Assembly: GCA_003170595.1 (NCBI GenBank)
Contig: PMZA01000221.1
Coordinates: 17,828 to 55,250, forward strand
Direction of reading: 5' to 3'
From: Armatimonadota bacterium
GTDB lineage: Bacteria > Armatimonadota > Zipacnadia > Zipacnadales > FEN-943
DNA: 37,423 nucleotides
Positions 8,622 to 16,140 of the stretch are shown here, one piece after another. The notes beneath the pieces are model-generated. The model searched no databases. It had not been told where the DNA came from and saw only the letters and a list, made by a program, of their open reading frames with translations. A program made the translations under genes and the position numbers. Position 1 is the stretch's first letter; every line of letters starts with the position of its first letter.

Positions 8622-9743
8622 CTACCTCAACCTATCGGCCAGTCGTCTCAGCGTCCGCCGACTGTGGCTGAAAAGCTGCTGATACGCCGCGCAGAAGTAG
8701 CTCGCCGCGGCGACGTCGGGCGACGTGATGAGCCTGTGCTTCTGGCACCCGCCGTGGCACATCGGCAGCCACCGGCACGCACGGCATTGCTCCCCATAGT
8801 CGCTCTTCCGCCCGGCGAATTCCCGGAACGTCGCCGATGCGACAAGCTCGCCCAGCGGCTCCCGCGTGAGGTTGCCGAGCATCCATCGCGGCTCGACCAT
8901 GAAGTCGCACGCGTACACGTCTCCGTTGTGCTCGACCACGACATACGCGCCGCACGTTTCGGCAAAGGTGCACGACGGCGCCGGCTGACCCGCGTACGCC
9001 GATAGCAGTTCGTCGAAGATCCGGATGCCCAGCGGCGGCGGCCACTCGCCCGCCCACAGGTCGAACAGCCGGCACAAGAACTCGCCGTAATCCTCCGGCG
9101 CCACCGAGAACTCCGCCGCGGTCAACGGCTCCGCCCCAGGCTCAACGAGCGGGATGAACTGCAGGTGGCGCAGGTCCTTCGCGAGGAAGAACTCGAACAG
9201 CTCCTCGGGACGTCCGACGCTCTCTCGCGTAACCATGCACAGGACGTTGAATTCGACCCCGCCGCGGCGCAGGGCATCGATCCCCCTCATCACCCGCTCG
9301 AAAGTCGGCGCCCCCGATGCATCCCGCCGATGCAGGTCATGCAGCTCACGCGGCCCATCGAGGCTGACGCCCACGAGGAATTTGTACCGGGCGAAAAACC
9401 GCGCCCACTCGTCGTCCAGGAGCACGCCGTTCGTCTGAAAGCCGTTGCCCACGACCTGCCCCGGCTTGCCGAGACGCTGCTCGAACTCGACGGCCGCGCG
9501 GTAGAAGTCGAGCCCCATCAGCGTGGGCTCGCCCCCTTGCCAGGCGAGGACCGGCCTCGGCCCGGCGAGGCTCATGTACTGCCCCACCACTGCCTCGAGG
9601 ACGGCCTCCGTCATGCGATGGACGGGCGGGCCGTCAGGGTAGAGGACCGCCTTCGGCCGGTAGAAGCAATAGTCGCACGCGAGGTTGCAGTCGGGCCCGG
9701 CCGGTTTGATGAGGATCGAGCTTATCGGCGGGACACTGGGCAT
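8622..9743 (-). CDS. Anaerobic sulfatase maturase (radical SAM/SPASM, anSME/AslB family)
   Basis: 'LIKPAGPDCNLACDYCFY' (CxxxCxxC), 'WQGGEPTLMGLDFY', 'QTNGVLL', 'VSLDGP'. SPASM cysteines: 'CTFAETCG', 'GDVYACD', 'CRACRWLPMCHGGC', 'YFC'. ATG9743 was chosen because family homology starts immediately after it. Confidence 0.93.
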   Translation of the reverse strand: MPSVPPISSILIKPAGPDCNLACDYCFYRPKAVLYPDGPPVHRMTEAVLEAVVGQYMSLAGPRPVLAWQGGEPTLMGLDFYRAAVEFEQRLGKPGQVVGNGFQTNGVLLDDEWARFFARYKFLVGVSLDGPRELHDLHRRDASGAPTFERVMRGIDALRRGGVEFNVLCMVTRESVGRPEELFEFFLAKDLRHLQFIPLVEPGAEPLTAAEFSVAPEDYGEFLCRLFDLWAGEWPPPLGIRIFDELLSAYAGQPAPSCTFAETCGAYVVVEHNGDVYACDFMVEPRWMLGNLTREPLGELVASATFREFAGRKSDYGEQCRACRWLPMCHGGCQKHRLITSPDVAAASYFCAAYQQLFSHSRRTLRRLADRLR

Positions 9744-9752
9744 GGCCCGCCC

Positions 9753-9758
9753 ATCATA
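9753..9758 (-). promoter_or_regulatory. Candidate -10 box (TATGAT) for the maturase gene
   Basis: The minus strand reads tgcgg-TATGAT-gggcgggcc-ATG. It is a 5/6 match to TATAAT in a very GC-rich spacer, and there is no SD sequence. Confidence 0.4.
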
Positions 9759-9844
9759 CCGCACCCGCCATCGCCCGAGGAAACCGGCGGCGAGGGACGA
9801 ACACACCCTCGTCGCACTCACCCTCCGCCTCGAGGAGAACGAGC

Positions 9845-12421
9845 ATGTTGCATGTCGCCGTCCTAGCGCTGTTGGCCTCGATCCCGCAGTCGCCGCTGCC
9901 CTACCGGAATGCCTCGCTGCCTATCGAGGTCCGTGTGGAGGACTTGCTCTCCCGCATGACCCTCGCGGAGAAGCTGAACCAGATACGCTCGGACGACAAC
10001 GTCTCCGTCTGGAGGCCCGCCGCTGAGACCACCGGCTGGGGCGAGATCTTCGACCTCCTCCGTCCCCTGTCGCCCTTCGACGCGGCCTTGAAGGCTAACG
10101 AGGTGCAGCGACTGGCACTGACGGGACGCCTGGGCATCCCCATCATCATCCGCGACGAGGCCCTGCACGGATTGGTAGGCAATGGTCCCACCAGCTTCCC
10201 GCAGTCCATCGCCCTGGCCGCCACCTGGGACCCCGCCCTCGTGGGTCGCGCAGCCGGAGCCATCGCCAGTGAGGCCCACGCGCGAGGTGTGCGCCGCGTC
10301 CTCTCGCCCGTCATCAACCTCTCCCGCGACGCCCGCTGGGGACGCACGGAGGAGACCTACGGCGAGGATCCCTACCTGAGTTCGCGCATGGCGGCGGCCT
10401 ACGTGAAGGCCTTCGAGGACCTCGGCGTCGCGACGACACCCAAGCACTTCGTCGCCAACTACGGCGACGGCGGCCGCGACAGCCACGCCATACACATGAC
10501 CGAGCAGTTCCTCCGCGAGACTTACCTCGCCCCCTTCGAGGCAGCCGTGCGCGAGGGCGGCGCCCGCTCGATCATGACTGCCTACAACTCTCTCGACGGT
10601 GTGGCCTGCTCGGCGAACCACTGGCTTTGCACCGATCTGCTCAAGAACGAGTGGGGCTTCCGCGGTGTGGTGGGTTCGGACTACGGCGCGGCCGAGGGCA
10701 CGCTCGGGTCGCATCACAACGTCGCCGATGAAGAGCACGCAGCCGCGGCTGACATGAACGGCGGCCTCGACATCGAGTGGCCCAACATCGGCCTCTGGGG
10801 CAAGCCCCTCGAGCAAGGGGTGAAGGACGGCCTGGTCTCCCAGGCGCGCATCGATGAGGCCTGCCGCCGGATGCTGCGCAACAAGTTCGAGCTGGGCCTC
10901 TTCGACCACCCCTTCGTCGACCCTAACGAGGCCGACCGCGTGGTCCAGAGCAAGGATCATCGCGCCCTGGCTCTCGAGTCCGCCCGCGAGGCGATCGTTC
11001 TCCTCCGCAACCGAGGGAACACGCTGCCTCTTCGCAAGGACCTCTCGTCCATCGCGGTCATCGGCCAGAACGCCTCCGGCGGCATGCCTCTCGGTGGCTA
11101 CAGCGGCTGGGGTCAGCCCACCGTCTCCGTGGTCGACGGCATCAAGGCGAAGCTCGGCGACAGCGTGAAGGTCAACTGGGTGAGCGGCAGCCAGTACGGT
11201 GAGCCGCCCTCGGTGCCGATCATCCCGGACTACTGTTTCTCCGATCTCAAGGGCGAGTACTTCGCCAACCGCGACATGTCTGGGACGCCGGTCCGCACCC
11301 GCGACGATGAGCGCATCGACTTCGACTGGAGCAGCAAGGCCCCGGCCTCGGACGTTCCCCGCACCAACTTTTCCGCGCGCTGGACGGGCAAGCTAACCGC
11401 GCCCGAGAGCGGCGAGTACGTGCTCGCCGTGACCTCCGACGATGGCGTCCGCGTGTGGCTCGACGGCGACGTCGTCCTCGAGAACTGGACGATCCATCCG
11501 CCGACCACCGACCGTGTCCGGCTCCAGGTGCACAAGGGCCGCCCCATGGATCTTCGCGTCGACTACTACCAGGCCGAGGGCCTCGCCGTCCTGCAGATGG
11601 CCTGGGGGCCGACGAGCATGCCCAACCAGGGCATCCAGGATGCGGTGCGCCTTGCCCGAGAGTCCGATGTCACCATCGTTGTCGCAGGCATCGAGGAGGG
11701 TGAGGGACGCGACCGTGCCTTCCTCGATCTCCCCGGCAATCAGGAGGAACTGATCAGTTCCGTCGCCGCCACGGGCACGCCCACGGTCGTCCTGCTCATC
11801 GCCGGCGCGCCGGTCACGATGCGATCGTGGCTCACCAAGGTCGACGCCGTCGTTGACGCCTGGTACCCCGGCCAGGAGGGCGGCACAGCCGTCGCCGACG
11901 TCCTCTTCGGCGACGTCAACCCGAGTGGCAGGCTGCCCATCACCTTCCCGCTCAGCGTCGGCCAGTGCCCGACCTACTACAACCTCGAACCCTCGGGCCG
12001 CGGCTATGACTACGTGGACCTCACCGGTCAGCCCCAATTCGCCTTCGGCTTCGGCCTCAGCTACACGACCTTCGAGTACTCGAACCTGAAGATCACGCCG
12101 GCGAAAGCAGCGCCCGGCGCTCTCATCACCATCTCCTTCGACCTGAAGAACGCCGGCCCGGTGCCGGGGTGCGAGGTGCCCCAGCTTTACATCCACGACC
12201 TCGTCGCCTCGATGGTGCGGCCCATGAAGGAACTCAAGGACTTCACTCGGGTGAGCCTCGATCCCGGTGAGAAGAAAACCGTCACCTTCCACCTGCCGCA
12301 GGATCGCCTGGCCTTCTGGAATGCCCGGATGCGGAAGGTCGTCGAGCCGGGTCAGTTCGACGTCATGATCGGCGCGTCGGCGAGCGATCTCCGCCTGACC
12401 GGCTCCTTCTGGGTGCAGTGA
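9845..12421 (+). CDS. GH3 beta-glucosidase/xylosidase with inserted PA14 domain and C-terminal Fn3-like domain
   Basis: GAGGAG RBS. Motifs: 'DEALHG', 'FPQSIALAATWD', 'RDARWGRTEETYGEDP', 'KHF', 'SIMTAYN', nucleophile region 'VGSDYG', PA14 'FSARWTG..SDDGVRVWLDG', 'EGEGRDR', 'WYPGQEGG', 'FGFGLSYTTFEY'. Confidence 0.95.
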   Translation: MLHVAVLALLASIPQSPLPYRNASLPIEVRVEDLLSRMTLAEKLNQIRSDDNVSVWRPAAETTGWGEIFDLLRPLSPFDAALKANEVQRLALTGRLGIPIIIRDEALHGLVGNGPTSFPQSIALAATWDPALVGRAAGAIASEAHARGVRRVLSPVINLSRDARWGRTEETYGEDPYLSSRMAAAYVKAFEDLGVATTPKHFVANYGDGGRDSHAIHMTEQFLRETYLAPFEAAVREGGARSIMTAYNSLDGVACSANHWLCTDLLKNEWGFRGVVGSDYGAAEGTLGSHHNVADEEHAAAADMNGGLDIEWPNIGLWGKPLEQGVKDGLVSQARIDEACRRMLRNKFELGLFDHPFVDPNEADRVVQSKDHRALALESAREAIVLLRNRGNTLPLRKDLSSIAVIGQNASGGMPLGGYSGWGQPTVSVVDGIKAKLGDSVKVNWVSGSQYGEPPSVPIIPDYCFSDLKGEYFANRDMSGTPVRTRDDERIDFDWSSKAPASDVPRTNFSARWTGKLTAPESGEYVLAVTSDDGVRVWLDGDVVLENWTIHPPTTDRVRLQVHKGRPMDLRVDYYQAEGLAVLQMAWGPTSMPNQGIQDAVRLARESDVTIVVAGIEEGEGRDRAFLDLPGNQEELISSVAATGTPTVVLLIAGAPVTMRSWLTKVDAVVDAWYPGQEGGTAVADVLFGDVNPSGRLPITFPLSVGQCPTYYNLEPSGRGYDYVDLTGQPQFAFGFGLSYTTFEYSNLKITPAKAAPGALITISFDLKNAGPVPGCEVPQLYIHDLVASMVRPMKELKDFTRVSLDPGEKKTVTFHLPQDRLAFWNARMRKVVEPGQFDVMIGASASDLRLTGSFWVQ

Positions 12422-12447
12422 CGTCCCGCAGGCTCTGGAGGTTTCGC

Positions 12448-15400
12448 ATGTCCCGATCGCATCGCCTTGCCCTGCTTGCCCTGACTCTGCCGGTCGTGTT
12501 CGCCGGCGCATCCCTGGGAGGGTCTGCCATGGCGGCGCCAACCGTCGACTATTTGTCCGACCCCGGCTTCGACCGCATCCTCATGTCCACGCAGGGCTTT
12601 GGCGTGCTCGGCATCGACGTCTGCGCCCACATGCCGACCCAGACCCCGCTGCATCTTCGCATCAAGGGCGTCGACTACGCCCGCGGACTCGGCCACCATG
12701 CGCCCGGCCAGATCCTCGTCGACCTCGCCGGCGGCTACGACCGCTTCGAGGCCGAGGTCGGCGTTCAGGAGCAGGGCAGCAACATCGGCACCGTCGTCTT
12801 CCATGTCTTCGTCGACGACGTCCTCCGCTTCGACAGCGGCGTGATGCACGAGGCCGACGCCGCCAAGAAGGTCTCCGTCGATGTCCGCGGCGCCTCGGAG
12901 TTGCGCCTCGAGGTCACCGACGCCGGCGATGGCATCACCTGCGACTGCGCCGACTGGGCCAGCGCCCGCCTGATCCGCGCCGCGGGGAAGACTCCGGGCC
13001 ACAGCGTCGAGACCTTCGACGCCGGCCTTTTTGCCACCGTCGTCACCTGCGACCCGGCCCGCCTCGACGGCGCCCGTGCCGACCGCGTGCACGAGTTCCA
13101 GCCCGCCGATGTCTTCCTTGAGACCCCTGCCGCACGCACCTCAACCGGCGACGTTCAGGTCCCCATCTACGCCGACAAGACCGGCTGCGTCGGCCTGCGC
13201 TGGGCCGAGCGTCGCATGATCACTCGCGCAGAACTCGTCCTCGCCCCGGGCCAGGCGGCGCCCGATGCGACCAAGGCTCGCGTCGAGTTCTGGTCCGGCG
13301 AGTCCATCTGGCAGGGCGCGTGGAAGGCTGTCCCGGCCCCCGTGCAGGTCCACGACGGCGAATGGACGGTCGCGATGGAGTCCCGCACCCTCCCCGAGCT
13401 TCGCAGCGGTACGTGGAAGATCCGCTGGGTCATCCCCGGCGCGCAGGAGGGGCTGGTCGTACGCGAGCTTAAAGCCTTCACTCGCGCTCGCACGGACGAC
13501 CTCGCCCTTCGCCTCGACACCGAGGGCCTTCCTCACGGCACGATGGCTCACGTCAGCGGGTACAACGGCTGGCTGCTGCGCGATCACACCGGCCCGGCCG
13601 AGCTTGCCCTCGACTGGGATGCGTCCCATCCGCTCGACGTCACCGTCCGCCACACCCGCTCGCGTCTGTGGAAGTCCGACGCCACCCTCCTGCGCTTCAC
13701 CGTCCCCGGTCGGCCCGCTTTCTCGGTGGCCGTCGACGACCTGCTCAATAGCCCCTGCGTCTACGTCAAACCCGCCGGCGTGTTCCTCACCCGCGCCGAC
13801 ACGGGCCTCAACCTGACCGCCTGGAAGCGCAAGATCGTAGGCCGCGAGACGGTGCTCGAGCGCGTGCGCCGCATGCCCGACCAGACCTTCGCGCAGGCCT
13901 GGGCGCACGTCCACAACTCCGTCCAGCGCAACGGCCCGGTCATGCTTTCCCTCGCCTGCGACAACCGCAAGTTCATCGTCGGCCGCGAGGGCGCCATCGA
14001 TTTCAGCACCGTCCCCAACGTGCCCGACCCGCTGCTTTACTACCCGCTCGAGTACCCCTGCCAGGTGCGCCCGGTCTTCGGCGGCGGCGGCGCCCAGGAG
14101 ATCACGCGCCATCTCGACGGCGACTGGCTGCCCATCGTGGTCAACGCCGTGACTGACGGCGGCGTGGCGTATAGCCAGCGATCCTTCGTCGCCCCGATCG
14201 GTGAGACCAATGCGTCTGGAATGTTCCCAAGAGCCATGTTCGTCACCGAATTCACTCAACACAACCCTCAGAAAACCTCCGCTGAGGCCCGTTTGACCCT
14301 AGGTTTTGCCCCGTCTATCGTCAGTTTGGTGCACGTTGGGCGACGAATCGTGGCGACCAGCGGCGGTCAGGTGCTTGCGGTGGTCGATGCCGGCGAGGCC
14401 CCCGGGCTGATACTGACGGCTACGGAATCCACCATTACGTTGAGCGGGCCTCTCGCCCCTGGCACCACGACCCGGTGTGTTATGTATCTGCCAGCCTGGT
14501 TCGTCGCACCGGCCGATCAGTCCCAACTCGACGGTTGGGATCACCTCCTCGATGCCACCCGCCAGTACTGGCAGCGCATGCTGTCAACGACCACCCAGAT
14601 CGACGTCCCCGACGCCCTGCTCACCGACACCATCCGCGCCTCTCAGGTCCACTGCCTCATCGCCGCACGCAGTGAAGCCGGCGGCGCGCGCGTGGCCCCG
14701 TGGATCGCCTCCAACACCTACGGCCCCCTCGAGAGCGAAGCCAACACGATCGTCTCAGGCATGGACCTCCTCGGCCATCGCGACTTCGCGCGGCGCTGCC
14801 TCGACTTCTACATCCATCGCTATGCGCCCGAGGGTTATCTGACCACCGGCTACACTCTCATCGGCACGGGCTGGCACCTCGGCTCCCTCGGCGAGTACTA
14901 CGACCTCACCCGCGACGACGCCTGGATGCGCACCGTCGCTCCCGACGTCGACCGCGCCTGCCGGTGGATCACCCGCCAGCGCGCGATGACCCTCCGCACC
15001 GGCCCGGACGGCGAGAAGTTTCTAGGCTATGGCCTTGTGCCGCCCGGTGTCACGGCCGACTGGGGCGTCTATTCCTATCGCCATTTCAACCAGGGGCACT
15101 ACTGCAACGGCCTCCGTGCCGCCGCCACTGCGCTCGCTGCGGTCGGCTATCCCGGCGCGAACGACCTCGTCGCCACCGCCGAGGATTACCGCCGCGACAT
15201 CGTCGGCGCCTACACGGCTACCCAGGCTCTCGCCGCCGCGCTTCCGCTGCAGGATGGCACCTGGGTCCCGGGCTCGCCCTCCACGGTCGAGTCCTTCGGC
15301 CTCCTCAAGGACGTCTACCCCGGCGAGGACGGCAACCGCAGTTGGGCCTACGACGTCGAGATCGGCTCCCACCAGCTCACCGCCCAGCACATCCTCGACC

Positions 15401-16068
15401 CGGCCAGCAAGCAGGCCGCCTGGATGATGGACCAGCTTGAGGACGGCTGGCTCCTCGACACGGGCATGGGTGACTACGCGGCGGAGAAGAACCACGCCGA
15501 CTGGTTCAACCTCGGCGGCTTCGCGAAGGTCCAGCCCTACTACGGCCGGTTCTGCGAGGACTACGCCCTGCGCGACGACGTGAAGCCCTTCGTGCGGTCC
15601 TACTTCAACGCGATCCCCAGCCTCCTCAACCCCGAGATCCTCACCTTCTGGGAGCACTTCCACAATCAGGGCGCATGGTGCAAGACGCACGAGACCGGCG
15701 AGTTCCTGCGCCAGACGCGCGAGATGTTCGTGATGGAGCGCGGGCAGGAGCTGTGGCTGGCGCCCTTCGCTACCAACGTCTGGATGGCCGACGGCAAGCG
15801 CGTCTCGGTGCGCAACGCCCCCACGCACTTCGGCCCGGTCAGCTACGAGATCGTCTCTCACGTCGCCACCGGCTACATCGAGGCCACCATCGATCCGCCC
15901 ACCCGCTACGCCCCGTCGGCGCTGGTAATCCGCCTGCGCCATCCCGAGGGCAAGCCGATGCGCAAGGTCACGGTCAACGGCCAGGCACACACCGACTTCG
16001 ACGCGGAGCGCGAGATCGTCCGCCTCAAGCCCACCACCGACCGCCTTGTCATCCGAGCCGAATACTGA
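12448..16068 (+). CDS. Large secreted NPCBM/NEW2-domain protein with a C-terminal (alpha/alpha)6-barrel glycoside hydrolase-like domain
   Basis: GGAGGT (12437-12442) + ATG12448; signal peptide. Clear NPCBM pattern 'GLGHHAPG..YDRFEAEVGV..VVFHVFVD..FDSG..LRLEVTDAGDG..DCADWASARL'. The C-terminal half has six-hairpin-glycosidase-like motifs ('EYYDLTRDDAW', 'ACRWI..QR', 'GLVPPG..ADW', 'APTHFGPVSY'). Confidence 0.7.
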   Translation: MSRSHRLALLALTLPVVFAGASLGGSAMAAPTVDYLSDPGFDRILMSTQGFGVLGIDVCAHMPTQTPLHLRIKGVDYARGLGHHAPGQILVDLAGGYDRFEAEVGVQEQGSNIGTVVFHVFVDDVLRFDSGVMHEADAAKKVSVDVRGASELRLEVTDAGDGITCDCADWASARLIRAAGKTPGHSVETFDAGLFATVVTCDPARLDGARADRVHEFQPADVFLETPAARTSTGDVQVPIYADKTGCVGLRWAERRMITRAELVLAPGQAAPDATKARVEFWSGESIWQGAWKAVPAPVQVHDGEWTVAMESRTLPELRSGTWKIRWVIPGAQEGLVVRELKAFTRARTDDLALRLDTEGLPHGTMAHVSGYNGWLLRDHTGPAELALDWDASHPLDVTVRHTRSRLWKSDATLLRFTVPGRPAFSVAVDDLLNSPCVYVKPAGVFLTRADTGLNLTAWKRKIVGRETVLERVRRMPDQTFAQAWAHVHNSVQRNGPVMLSLACDNRKFIVGREGAIDFSTVPNVPDPLLYYPLEYPCQVRPVFGGGGAQEITRHLDGDWLPIVVNAVTDGGVAYSQRSFVAPIGETNASGMFPRAMFVTEFTQHNPQKTSAEARLTLGFAPSIVSLVHVGRRIVATSGGQVLAVVDAGEAPGLILTATESTITLSGPLAPGTTTRCVMYLPAWFVAPADQSQLDGWDHLLDATRQYWQRMLSTTTQIDVPDALLTDTIRASQVHCLIAARSEAGGARVAPWIASNTYGPLESEANTIVSGMDLLGHRDFARRCLDFYIHRYAPEGYLTTGYTLIGTGWHLGSLGEYYDLTRDDAWMRTVAPDVDRACRWITRQRAMTLRTGPDGEKFLGYGLVPPGVTADWGVYSYRHFNQGHYCNGLRAAATALAAVGYPGANDLVATAEDYRRDIVGAYTATQALAAALPLQDGTWVPGSPSTVESFGLLKDVYPGEDGNRSWAYDVEIGSHQLTAQHILDPASKQAAWMMDQLEDGWLLDTGMGDYAAEKNHADWFNLGGFAKVQPYYGRFCEDYALRDDVKPFVRSYFNAIPSLLNPEILTFWEHFHNQGAWCKTHETGEFLRQTREMFVMERGQELWLAPFATNVWMADGKRVSVRNAPTHFGPVSYEIVSHVATGYIEATIDPPTRYAPSALVIRLRHPEGKPMRKVTVNGQAHTDFDAEREIVRLKPTTDRLVIRAEY

Positions 16069-16093
16069 TCGCGCATTTGACTTACCGCTTTCT

Positions 16094-16118
16094 GTAGGGC
16101 GGGGATTTACTCCCCGCC
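16094..16118 (+). repeat. GTAG-type REP-like element, copy 4
   Basis: GTAG + GGCGGGGA-TTTAC-TCCCCGCC. Confidence 0.88.
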
Positions 16119-16140
16119 GCCGATAGGAGATTCGCCACCA

